Below are positions 14,201 through 30,803 of a stretch of DNA of 64,000 nt, one piece after another. Positions within the stretch are counted from its first letter, which is position 1. Every line of letters starts with the position of its first letter. The stretch covers positions 13,639,133 to 13,703,132 of the forward strand of contig OZ037771.1 of NCBI GenBank assembly GCA_964035545.1. Reading direction: 5' to 3'. Made by a program: the position numbers and the translations under genes. The notes below the pieces were generated by a model, which did not search any database, was not told the DNA's origin, and saw only the letters and a list, made by a program, of their open reading frames with translations. This DNA is from Bugula neritina (taxonomy: Eukaryota > Animalia > Bryozoa).

Positions 14201-17200
14201 TTGTCTAACTCCATGTGATCAACAGGGTAGTCTGTGTTCAAGAATTTTTCAAACTTCTGAAAGGAAATTCTAAAACATACAAAGTTACGATGTGTTTATT
14301 TGTTACCAAATATAGCTACAAAGCATGAATAAATAAATAATAAAATATAATTCCAATAGCACAAATGAGAAGGCTAATGGCCAAAGATTGAAAAAACAAT
14401 AAAAGTTTTGAAACACAAGAAATTACATGACTTCAGCTTTTTGAAATCTGCATGAAAAATAAACTAGATATTTTTTAAAATAAAACTTGTTCCAAAATGA
14501 AGTGAGTATAAGCTACAAATTGCCGTTGTGTGTATTCTAAATTCGAAAGTTACAAGAAAATTAAAACAAGTTCTAGGCACCTGGTAAAAAGAGCATGCAG
14601 GTAAAAATGGCACAGGCAATAAGCAATAAACACAGTTAGTTTAAGGTCATTAGTTTCCAGATTCAAGCACTGCTTTATGTTATATATAAACGGTTTCCAG
14701 GGGATAGCTCGAACAGTTTTTGTCTCACGTTAACAAATTTGACATGAAAAGATAGCTCTTGCATTCCTCTTTCATATACTTTTTTAATTTTTCAATAAAA
14801 AATTTTCTGAGAAAGTTGTTGCATAATAAGTAAAATTTTACACCCTCCATGTTCCACTGCTGTAGCACAGGGGATTTATTTTATAAAGTCTAAAAGTTAA
14901 ACTTGACATTCCTTGATATGTTTTCTCTAATATACTTTCTTTGTTTTTTGAAATTCTGTTTATGCTCTTCACAATTTGGTAAAAACATACACCATTTTGC
15001 AAGTTTCACTGCAATTTTCTAAATTCTTCATATGGTGGTTCTAGCTACGCTCCTGTGACTAATTATAACATTCCTAGTACGTTTGCCGCTCTGCGCTATC
15101 ACAATAACATATAGTACCCTCTCGCACAAATTGGCAATCTATTGGATTTCTGCCAATATAATGTTCCCTGTTTTACATTAGCACTTAGCTGAATCATCTC
15201 ACTATGTTACAATAATATATTGAAAATGCCTCAGCACAACATAATTCTTTGTTTGTTTGGCAGAGTTAATTTCAGCTAAATCACTTCACTTTGCAGTCTT
15301 GTCAGTAAAGGTCTGTCTATAGCGCAGCAGGTGTATACTTTCAGTTTCTCTAATTCACATATGATTATTTTAAGTACATTGTATTCTATAAAATCAATTT
15401 AAGGTTTAGTCTAGTGTTCAGTATCTAATTATTATGCATGTATGTTGTCTTACTGTTGAACAAAAGTTAAAAAAAAACTTTACAATTATAGCCATATTTA
15501 TTATACATGCGTAGGATTTGCATAAGTTGACAAAAAAAAATTGCAACAAAACAGGGTTGAACCATGACCAACCAACTTGTCGCTGACGCCTCTAACCTCT
15601 GGACCACGCAGTCATCTTTCAAAGACGCGCACTATTTGAGTCATTATCATTACATAAATATTTCGCGCGCAAATGGGTTATAATTATTAGGCTGTCAATT
15701 CATGTTGATAGCAGTCAAAGCAAATGGTTTTGAACAAATAACCCAAAAGTTTAAAAATAAGTAGCTTGCGTATTACTAGCTACAAAAACAGGTCTGAAAT
15801 AGACTGGTAAAGCAAGCTCTTATTGTAGAGTTTGCAGATGTGCTCTAAAATAAAACTTAAACTGTATGCTATTACATAAGTATTTGTATTCGAGAGATAA
15901 ATGGACATTACTGAGTTTCTGGAAAACAACATACTTGAAGTTAACTTTGACAATGGTGTGTTATTTTCATCATAGCTAGCCTATAGCATAAATCTCTAAT
16001 CATATGAATCTTTATGAAGCCCACAGCTCATGTAAGGGTGGCAATGTAGTTTGAAACTAAAAATTATGTTGCTGCACTGTGTTTATTATATATTATGGAG
16101 CAAAATTTGGTTTTTGTAGCCTACCCAAACACATACTACAATGCAGCTTATATGCTGGCAGCTGTAATAAATACTGCCAATAGCAAGGTTACTATCACTG
16201 CTAGCTCTGTGCAGTATGTAACCTCTTGAATAATTGCGCCAATTTTAAACTCTTGGAAGTTGGCCAAGTTATCATATCGCAGCCAGCCACCGGAGACAAA
16301 GCATCAGAGCTATTCATATAATATTATACTGATGCACTTGGTAGCAGAGTGGCTAATCTAATATAGTTCATAGTTCAACACCCTTTACTTTAGGAATACA
16401 GCCTCTTTTTTTAGGTTTACCTAACAAAGCATGAAAATATCTAAACTGATATTCTGATAATTTAGAGGTACATTTTGAAAACTAGGTTAATTGCACTTGT
16501 TTGCGCAACAACAATAATAAAATAGATATTATGCAGTATAATAAAAACACACATAATACTATATAATATATTATAATGACAATAATATAATATTATAAGT
16601 ACCATTACTGCATTTTATAAATCACATGGTTGCCAAAAAAATGTATCACAAATTTTGTAATTATACATCAAAAATAGAACTAGCTAGGCAGCAGGTTAGA
16701 ATAGAGTAAATTTTTAAAACATGAAATCATGATTTGACTATTGTTTTATTTAGGCCAACCAACCTAGGAACACAAGATTGGGTTTTAGCTGACAGTTTAT
16801 AACATTTAGCTTTTGAGCCAGCAGCACTGGCACTTGTGAAGTATAGGAAAAGTTAGTGAAGCGAGACTAACAAGCACTCAAATACAAGGCATATTGAGAC
16901 ACAATAACAAGTCAGGAGCGTATAAATTGAAAAGAATGTGGAAGGGGGACTATGTTTTTCAACAAGCTATAACTTAAACATGAATTGGCTTTTGAAAAAA
17001 ATAAAAAAGTATATTGGAGAACATAAGTTTCTTTATCTTTTCATATTTTTTTTGTTCCTGTGACATTCAACCTGTTCGAGCTATCAGTGGAACATTGTTC
17101 ATATAGAACATAAAGCACCTGGCAAAGAGCCAGAAAATGAAAAGTATGACCTTAAACCAACTGTGAAGGCACAAATTAAAAAGTAGGTGTATAAAGACTG

Positions 17201-17474
17201 CTCAGGTAAAATAGCACAAAGGGAACCGAAAGTAAATAAATTATGTGTGCTATTTTCACCCAAACGATTTTATTTTAAATCAAAATATTTACCTTGCTTC
17301 AACATCTTTAGTAAACTTCACTCCACAAGCAATAACAGCAAAAACCTACAGCATGTTTTAAAATTAATTATAAACACGATTCAAGAACCAAAAATAAAAG
17401 TGTATTTGATTTAGTTTTTACAAATTTACCTTTGCACCAAACAAATAACTTACCAAAATCTTCCCGAACTTCAT
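11277..17474 (-). CDS. Paralog 2: secreted NHL beta-propeller + 2 HYR-like + Cys-rich C-terminal domain (589 aa). Exons 17454-17474, 17293-17345, 13410-14269, 12900-13070, 12453-12665, 12111-12254, 11817-12015, 11277-11385
   Basis: GT-AG junctions, 1770 nt in frame. Signal MKFGKILVFAVIACGVKFTKDVEA. NHL motif LAGTCGSSGFSDGGFGDGTFNYPYGVVVD. HYR-like CPYKNISATLAPGE...FPEGVY...CVYHVVVK. C-terminus PTCADESKVAQMNTCHS*. Confidence 0.87.
14631..17165. mobile_element. Non-autonomous DNA transposon with ~100-bp imperfect TIRs starting CACAG (CMC-type ends), in intron 2 of paralog 2
   Basis: Left end CACAGTTAGTTTAAGGTCAT...TGCTTTATGTTATATAT...GATAGCTCGAACAG. Right end reverse-complemented CACAGTTGGTTTAAGGTCAT...TGCTTTATGTTCTATAT...GATAGCTCGAACAG. 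Possible AA target duplication. No transposase ORF. Confidence 0.75.
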
Positions 17475-18344
17475 TCTTAGCACCTTAAAACTGTTGTTAG
17501 ATTAAAACCATGGACTGAGCTGAGCTACACTTAGCACAGCTGTTCTTCCACAATGAGGTCTTCTGAAGGCGTGAACCATTATGCCAACTCACACAGCAAC
17601 GTATAATTATAACAATTCTACCCTGGCTTATTTTCGCACCACCTCATTGTCATAAAAGTAGTCTTAGATAATTAATAGGTTCACTATTCACCTACATGTA
17701 CAACTATAACTTCTTTGTCTATTTCAACATGGCTTACAAGATATTATATTATAAATTTAAGGTGCAACTGCACTTCAATGCACTTACATTTACAGTCAAG
17801 ATAGATAGCTTATTTACAAAACTATTATTTCTTACTATGACCACCGGTAAGTTTGATGTATAGAGAGGCAGTATAAGTTTATTGGTAAAAAGTCAATATT
17901 CTGAAAGCCCACCAATCTAAAGGTCCATTGGTTTAAAGATATTTTGCTATTTAAATTACGTAGGAAATTAGAATAATAAGTTGTGGAACTAGAATAGCTT
18001 TCAAAATTACTGGGACTATTGCAAGGCTTTTTATAATTATAGTCTACTATTATAGAGATTTATAAAGATTTCTTTGCTGACATACGTAATTGCACTCATA
18101 CACGATGTGGAAACTAGAACTAGAAACTTCCTAAAGACAATTCATGCCAAGTTGCTAAGTTCATATTTGACCTTAATGTAAAAGCATCTAGAGAAATATA
18201 AATGAAACGTTATAGTAAAAACTGTTGTAGCAAAAGCTTTTGGTGGCCTTCTAATCTAGACACAATATATACAATTCAATATATACGTTGAAATATTTAT
18301 TTGATCAATCAGCTTCAATAGGCCTGCAACGAATGATTATATGG

Positions 18345-22162
<3,818 letters not shown>

Positions 22163-22650
22163 TTTGTAATAAGTTCTGTGCACTTGTCAATTCAGTAAAC
22201 TTTCTTCCTTCAGCTGTGAAGTTTGAAAGAATGAAAGTTTTACTTGAACCAGTAAATAACAAAGTAGATTTATTATGGATCTGTCCTAAGTAAGTGTATA
22301 TAGTATGCAATCTAAATAAATTTCAACAATGGTAGTTATGCAACTTTCCATTCAAATCTTAGCTTTCTAAGACAATTAAATCGTAAGCCATGAAAATTAC
22401 ATGTTTTTAAAAGGTTAATGAAAAGGGTTCCATAGGTTTGTTTAAACTGGATTGCAGAAATGTACAATAAGGGGAGAAATTTAATTTTAGTTTGCACTGT
22501 AAACACATACTTGCCCTTACAAGTTACCCAATATATAGACCAAATACATGCCCTAGTAAATGTTTGTGCCAAAATGCAATCATATTTTACATAGTAAAGG
22601 GCAATATTGCCACATGCCTCATGCCACACATAATAGCTGGCAAAGGGATA

Positions 22651-22833
22651 GTCACTGCGTTTCCATGACCGGGCATAATGCGAATGAATGCCCCGTACGG
22701 ATTATTTGTGGTTTGTGGTTTGCATTAACTTATAGTTGCGGTTTCATTCGATGTAACTGTTTCCATTAGCCGAGTGAAAAAATCCATTCGCATAATGCGA
22801 TAATGGAAACGCAGTGAATGGAAACGCAGTGAG
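22651..22833. mobile_element. MITE (~180 bp) with 15-bp TIR TCACTGCGTTTCCAT; right TIR tandemly duplicated
   Basis: TIR at 22652-22666 and its reverse complement ATGGAAACGCAGTGA at 22803-22817 and again at 22818-22832. TA on both flanks. Confidence 0.7.
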
Positions 22834-24842
22834 TATGTGATGATTAAAAATAGCTGAAAACTGAGGCTTATTATTAAATATTCTCATCAAAATCAACTTT
22901 CTAGAAAGTCTCCTGCATTAGCCACAGTATAACTATGAAAAAATGGTATCATTATTATCGCCATGGCAACCGGTTAACAATAGCAACTGTTATACAAGTG
23001 GAAAACTCACGTGTTGCTCTCTTGTATTACTACCTGATATAATACCCCTATTGAAATTCAGGGGTATAACAAATAGATTTACCTCTCCGTGGAGTATCAT
23101 TCTATCTAAAGTAGAAGAGATTAGGAAATTTTGACAGAGGAATGATACAATGACTGGAACATTAGAGTTAAACAATTTAAAGTCAAATATTATAAAGAAT
23201 TGAAATGTAATTTTACAATCATATGCAGCTTTTAGTTTTAAATCAATTTTCAGACAACAAATCAAAATGCGTAATTTTAAAAGCAATATTTATATATAAA
23301 TTAAGACATATAAAATAATATATGCAACTTAAGTTTTACCTCTATATTTCATTTACAACTCAAATGACACTTATAGCCTGTTTAAAGAGCTTTGAAGTTT
23401 TATTGCTACGCAAATATTATATTGTAGTGTACTTGCTAACAAAATTATATTACATAGTCTACCAGATACTTCTAAGAACTGCTATAAACATACTTAAGAT
23501 CACACCCTAAATTTCTAATTTTTTAACAGCTAGTGATTTCACTATTTCATAGTATTTTTTAATTATAATTAAAAAAAAGAAAGCAAGCATTATTAGTTGT
23601 AAACTTACTGTGTATATAGATGGTTTAAGGCAATAGCTTTCTGACTCGTAAAATTTTTTAGTAAAAACAAAGCCATAAGCTATAACTCTATTACAGTGAT
23701 AATGCATATCAAAGCTCTTTTTGTAGCTATAGAGCTTTTTTAATGCTTGCAGAGTTTTATGCCATTATATTCATATAAAACTATTACTTTTTGCTTACAG
23801 CCTTTCTTAATTGTGAAAGAGTTAGAACAAAAGTGAGCTATATATACTGTGAAGTTATATTTTTGCAAAATGTAATTAATACTATTTCTGTTAAAGTTGG
23901 TACGCAATAGAATTTTTTAAATTGATTTTTCATATTTATTAAAGAGAAGGCAACTACAAAACTCAACTAATAATTTAATAGAAAAATAGAAGCACTGAAC
24001 TGGCTGAATACATAAAAAAGTATCAAGTGTGTGAGGGAAATAATGCGCTTAATGCAGTATTTCGACACACAAATAGTGTTACAGAAATTGAAAACATGTT
24101 GATGCAATATAGACTTGAAATTCTTTTCTAGCTATAACAAAACATTTTATGTTAAAAAGGTTTCTTCGTATGCTGCAGCAAGTTGTGCTTCGGACAGAAT
24201 TTACAGTTTATTGTTCTTGCTTATTAAGATCAACAAAATTGTGGGATTGCACAATCAAAACAATAATTACAACATGAACCACATTTATTTTCTCCACCCA
24301 TTAATTTAGAGTTAGACGAGCATACAGGACTGAATCAGGATGAGTGAGGATTAACTTAGAGTTGGCAATTAAATACTATGCTAGTAGCATAAGGTTAAGG
24401 ATAAAGACATATAATTTTACTAACTGTTATTACAACTCTATAATATGAAGTCTATCATTGTCTAAAGTGTAAGTTTTAGAGTATCATTTCTTGAAATTAT
24501 AGCCTATATATGATTTAGTATACTTGCAAAAGCCCAACTTTACTTTTGCACAATAGTGCAGTGCCTTGCATTGCATGAGCAAGCTACTTTCAGCTATGTT
24601 CTTCAGTGTTTATTAGTCCTAGTTATTATTGTAGCCATTTATTTTGGAATTGAAATTGCTTTTTAAGATTAAAATGTTTAAATTCAAAGTCTAAAATAAA
24701 GGGCTTGATATGCATTAAAATGTTGCTTTTAACTGAATTGTATATATATTGTTATATATATTATACTAAAGTTGCTACTTTTATCTTTCATAGCTACACA
24801 AAGTTTTGCTAAACTATATGCATGTTGTCCTGATATATATTA

Positions 24843-25032
24843 AGTCACCATCCCTGTGAGACAAAACTCTGATGAAAGGGGTTTTTGTTAAATCATTTTA
24901 TTTAGATGAAGCACAGGAGCAATTATGACTGTTTGCTCTTCCTAACATCACATGGTCTTTGTCTGGCTGAACCCATGACTTTGTGCTTATTGCTAGGCAA
25001 ATGCTTTAATGCCTAGACCACAGCTGCTCCCC
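24843..25032 (-). mobile_element. SINE family B copy
   Basis: Reverse complement of the 25503-25697 element (GCAATTATGACT...GCTCTTCCTAACATCAC...CTAGGCAAATGCT...CCACAGCTGCTCC). Confidence 0.65.
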
Positions 25033-25502
25033 TGTTGCTTTAATATATTGTAGCACTCAGTAAAATCTATTGAACTCTAAAATTGTGTATTTAGTATTTA
25101 AACTATATATATATATATATATTTACATTGTTGCAGAAATGTCATTTAAATAGAATCTGCATCTATTTCTGTACCGTTACCATCGGTACTATAATATACA
25201 TATTAAAGCCGTGACTGATGCATTCATTTGAAATAATATTTACTTCAAATATGTGAGAGCATAGTGGTCCCTATATAATATGCTGTAATGCAATTACATT
25301 TGAAAAAAGTTGCTCTAGAGCACTTAAGGTATATATGCAATATATTGAATAAAGCGGAATGCTTGCAACAAGTATATTATATTATGCTTCATGTTGCGAG
25401 TGTATAAAACAACAGTCAAATCACAAGTTATATTGAGCACATTCTCACACTTACATGCACAAGCTGTTATATATTAGAGACAAGACTCTATTCTCTTAGA
25501 AA

Positions 25503-25697
25503 GGAGCAGCTGTGGTCTGAGGATTAGAGCATTTGCCTAGTAAACACGAAGTCATTGGTTCAGCCGGACAACAGCCATTGGTGATGTTAGGAAGAGCATC
25601 TAGTCATAATTGCCTCATCTGGATAAGTCCTTAACTTGCTTTAACAAAAGTCTATCAGCGGTGCCTCACAGGAATAGTGACTGTAAACTTGCGTGAG
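25503..25697 (+). mobile_element. tRNA-headed SINE, family B (~190 bp)
   Basis: Head GAGCAGCTGTGGTCTGAGGATTAGAGCATTTGCCTAG and core GGTGATGTTAGGAAGAGCATCTAGTCATAATTGC, shared with copies at 21332-21530 (-), 24843-25032 (-), ~42835-42950 (+) and ~6835-6955 (+). Confidence 0.65.
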
Positions 25698-25930
25698 TTT
25701 TTATATTTTCTTATAAGGACTGTAATATATATGAACATTAGGCTGATTAATAATAGCCTGCTTAAAGATTATTAGCACACTCTTGCAATAATTTTTATTC
25801 AATCAAATAAAAGTGAGTGATTTACAGTGTAATTAGAAATGAAAAATCAGGTATCTGGTGTAACATGGTTGAGTTTGACATATATGAGCAGGTGTCTGTT
25901 TCTATAACAGTACATTGCAAAGTTTGACAT

Positions 25931-28900
25931 TTAAGAGCAGGTGTCTCTTTTACTGTCATAGGTCTTAGTCTTATCTGAACAGCTTGATAAGAGTAAAGCT
26001 CGGACAACTTCACCATCTTCGTTTTTGATTGCAGAAACTGTTCTGTAAACAAATAGACATATTGTTGTGACAAATGAACATCAGATCTATATAGAAGTTA
26101 TACATATTATTTAGACTATACACATGCACATATACCTAATGTAATATGTTGCGATTAGCAAGCATTATAGTGTTATTATAGGTCCGCGGGTTCAAATCCC
26201 AGCAGGAGCAACTATGTTATACCTAAGTTTGCAAAATTTTTCATACACTATACTTGCTAGTAAAACAACAATTTATTTTTCTATGCAAAGATGTTGAGAT
26301 TCTACTTCTAAAAACTTGCTCTGCATGGCTTAAAAATTTGCTATAGTAATCTTGTAAAAGTTAGTTAAGACTATATGCAAAAGCATTTTTAAGTGAATTG
26401 ATGTACAAGGGGCATAAATGGTTTTATACTTGTTAAGCCTATATAGAATAGCAAGCAATGCAATCTTTATTTTAAAGCACATTAAAATTGGAACAACTTA
26501 CGGTGATGTTTGGAATGGCAAAAATATTCCTAAATCCTTCATTAGCTGGTAGTTATTGAGTGTGGGTTGAGTTTTATTTCTTATCACAGATGGAAGTTCT
26601 CTTTTGTTGACAGTGAACCACTGATCAGTTTTCCAGATAACAGTTAGGACGTTGTCAGCACAGTTATAGATAGGCTCCGAATCCGGGAAGAGTAAACTAC
26701 AGTCTGAAATATCAAGGAGCATGTAAACATAGGATAGTTGATTTTGTGTGTGTGTTGTGTGTTGTGTTGTGTGTTGTGTGTGTGTTGTGTGTGTTGTGTG
26801 CGTGTGTGCGTGTGTGTTGTGTGTGTGTGTGTTGTGTGTGTGTTGTGTGTGTGTTGTGTGTGTGTGTTGTGTGTGTGTTTTGTGTGCGTTGTGTGTGTTT
26901 TGTGTGCGTTGTGTGTGTGTTGTGTGCGTGTGTGCGTGTTGTGTGCATGTGTGCGTGTGCGCGTGTGCGCGTGTGCGTGTGTGCGTGTGTGCGTGTGTGC
27001 GTGTGTGCGTGTGTGCGTGTGTGCCTGTGTGCGTGTGTGCGTGTGTGTGCGTGTGTGCGTGTGTGCGTGTGTGCGTGTGTGCGTGTGTGCGTGTGTGCGT
27101 GTGTGCGTGTGTGCGTGTGTGTGTGTGTGTGTGAATAATTGAGTTACCTTTGTCACAGGCTTTGGCAATATGCTTTTTACGCAATGTAAGCTCCTGGCTC
27201 AAAATCTTCTTGAATTCGCTATTTTGTAGAAAGTGGCATGGCAACGAGTACTTAGATGTGAAAATCAGCCTCCTCACTATTGGTGACACTAAAATATTAT
27301 AAATAAATTTAAATTGCTTTTTTGAGTAATTATCAATTGTAATGAATTACCTCAATGCATTGTTCAGGTCGTTTTCTATAAACAATTTAGTATTTACTTA
27401 CTCTTTACAAAAATAAAGTATTCACATGTCCTATTTATTACTTTAATATCTCCTATAAGGTAGTTCCTTTGAACATTTTGGTCTGACAGATTGATTTCTG
27501 TTGACTTCTGGCCAGGTGTCACCAAGACTGTGATGTTTTGATATGGACAAAGGTTGTCACCTACAGCGTAGCAGAAGTACATAATCTAGACATACATATA
27601 CCTACAGCAATACAGTATAACTGCATTATAGTCAAACATGGATCATTACCTACTTCTAGAACAATAAATTAGTAATACACAAATTATTACCTACAGCATA
27701 GAATAATACATTAACTATATAGTTAATGTATTTATTCCATGCTGTAGGTAATAATGTACCATATGACCATATATGGTCAAAGGTTGTACTACCTATAATA
27801 GCAGTAAACTATTATAGCATTAAATAAACTCATTTATTTCCCGGAGCATGAATGAATTGCACATTAAAATATCACATTGATCAGTTGCTTCCTATATAAT
27901 TATGAAAACTTTCATCTTTTAGTAGTTATCTAATGTGATTGATTTAGGTCTTTAACTCAAACAAGTCTTTTTCTTACCGCTTAATTTTATAATCTTATTA
28001 TTCAATCCTACATAAATTTCCTCTCCAACATTTAAGATTGACCATGCTTCTTCCATAAATGAACTACTCGCTTCACATTTCTTTTCTCCATGAAAGCAAA
28101 CTGGGCCAACTGTCTTCTTGTTCATATCTAATAACTTCAATTGGTGATTTTCAGCAATGAGAAAAAAGCCGTCAGCAATTTTCTTAATGTCTCTAATATC
28201 GGTAAATCTAGATTCTTGAAGACTTCCAACCTTGTTACCATTTTCCTTTTTAGAACCTGCTAGTATACTAGCTTTCAAATGACCAGTTTTAGACCAGCTC
28301 AATTTAGTTATAAAATTATAGCTGTTGCTGTTACCGATTAGTAACTCTTGCCCGTGCCACACCAAGTTATTTGGCTTGTCGAAATACCATAAACTCCTCG
28401 AAACCATTTTGAATTTTCCGGTGAGTATATTAACTGAAATTATTTGATTTAGATACTCATCTGTTACTACTAAGTTGCCAGGATTTCTGACATCCAGTTG
28501 AACTCCCCACGGATAAAGAAAGTCCTTATTATACGGGGGATGCCTGTTGCATTTTCCAGTCAAAACTTTTACTTGGCCACTTTTCCTTTCCAGAGTTTTT
28601 ATGCAGTAAAATGTACGGTCAACTAGAACCAAGAAGCTAGCATTAATTTGAATAAAACTTGAGACTGCATGATTATATGGGAGCAAGTTTGTAGTTGTGT
28701 TCCCGTTTGTAGTGAAAAGTCCACGGTATGTAGCGACTATAAGACTTCCATCATTCTTATACTTGTCAACCTCCATAGAATAGACCATTTCATTTGTGTT
28801 CAGAAAAACCTCCACCTTGTTGTAAGTTACACTGAAATAAAATAAATTTTGTACTCCTTCAAGCTGACTATAATATTGTTAACATTCTTTATATAATTTG

Positions 28901-29697
28901 AAATGTTGAAGCATTTGGAAAAGTGATGCAACTTAAATTACGTAATGCAAATTAACCTGTATATTCAACTTAAATATGAAACAAATTTTTACCAAGTAAT
29001 GTAACTATTATATCCATTAAAAAAACTTCTAATTAAGCATACATGTTAACATCTTAAAGTATCTAATAAAAAGTGAATGCAGATTAACAATTCATTGTTA
29101 AAAAACCAGTAAATCCAATTAAAGTTGACTAAAATAAACATATTATATAAAAACAACAACTTGCAATTATTTTTTTCTCTTTTTTAAAAAGTTCCAGCAA
29201 GTGTTTTATATAGCAGCAGAAGTTACAAAATCAGTTAACGTAACATTTTTGTATATTCAAATATTTCCACATATTCCGATATTGTTAGCAATAATAATTT
29301 TTTTCATTCATTTGCGTCTGGTATTTAAACCTAACCCTGCAAACAGTTAGATTGTCTGTTTATACTTGTTTATCATTACATTTAATTTTGTGAGGATATT
29401 TCTATTATATATATATATTTTTTTTTTTACTTATTATATAACCATATATGAGTTATTTTTTTAAATTAGAACTCCATTATTAAATAGAAATTTCAAGTTT
29501 ATACACTTACCTAGTAGGAAGTTCCTTACAACAACCAATGCTAAAGGCGTATGCCAGTACAGCCTAAAATGTAAAATAAAAACTCAATAATCTACAATAT
29601 GAAGCAATTATATATAATTATAATAAATGGATAATTAAACTGAGAAAGATTATCTTATGGCAGCTTTACTTACACATGCAGCAAACCACCGATGCAT
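25931..29697 (-). CDS. Paralog 4: secreted NHL beta-propeller + 1 HYR-like + Cys-rich C-terminal domain (514 aa). Exons 29674-29697, 29511-29563, 27978-28831, 27402-27560, 27148-27288, 26502-26703, 25931-26042
   Basis: GT-AG junctions, 1545 nt in frame. Signal [23 protein letters not shown] motif [22 protein letters not shown]-terminus [18 protein letters not shown]. Confidence 0.87.
26745..27133. repeat. Compound (TG)n/(TGTGCG)n microsatellite
   Basis: Seen directly; intronic in paralog 4. Confidence 0.97.
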
Positions 29698-30803
29698 CCT
29701 CGCTTTGGTAGAAGTTTAGCAATTCAAGAATATGCTAATATATTCTAAGAAAAGACAAAGTGGAAGTGTAGCTGTGTCAGTACAATTATATATAATTTGT
29801 TGAGCTATAATTGTTATTTGGATTTCTTTCTTCCTTGTTGCACAATAGTTTTCACAGTTGACCGTATGATTATGTATATATTATACATTAAAACTAACAT
29901 GATATTAAAATCTTGTTTCTATTTATAAGAAAAAGTTATTATCTTGGATAACAGCATGGAACTACAAATTAAAATAACTAGCATTGGCATAATATTATTA
30001 TATACAATTTCTTATAATTTTCTGCTATATATGTCAGGGCTTTCAAGTAGAATATTATATGTACGCGTCATAATAGTAATTTCTATTCCCATTGTTTGCT
30101 TGATGGTCAATGGCCACACATGCAGCGCTTTGTTAATATTATAAATATGATAGTAATAACATTCAGTTTGTATTCAATATAATAATTTAGCTCATAGGCT
30201 GTATATATAGTAGATTTTCAGTATATCAGAGTACTACCCTATAATTTTAATTATTATTTCAACAGTATTGCAAATTACAGAGAAATATAATTCCATCTTT
30301 GAGAAATCAGATTGAATTAGAAAAACAATCTATAACAATTGGAAAAACATGTTTTTGAATAATTATAATAATTTAAATTAGTAGCCTACTATTATTAGAA
30401 CAAAAAACTATGTAGTTATTAGTTCATTATTAATTGTTTATAATTAGTATGAGAGTTAACTTCATATAATAAAATATTTTAAAAATATTTATTGCTAATT
30501 ATGAAAATTTTGAAACAGTACCTTCACTGAACTTGTTGGATAAATTAAGTGTTTGTTAGAAGGTCACAAATTATGATTTATTTATACCTATACTGACACT
30601 TGATTACCATACTTATTAAGTGCAGCCACACGCACAAGTTAAATTTAAAAAATTAGAAAGAACCTCAAAAATCTGTCAAATTTTTTAGTGTCACAATAAT
30701 TTCTAATCAAAGTAAACACATTATTTTGAATTGGTTAAACATTTTTTTTTGCTTTTCTATGCAATGCAGGGTGTTAAACATGATTGTGACTCAAACATGT
30801 CAC

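Noticed and set aside
14631-14670. RAG/RSS-like recombination signals acting on the array
   Set aside because: The heptamer is CACAGTT, no nonamer occurs at 12/23 spacing, and only one pair exists, inside a single intron.
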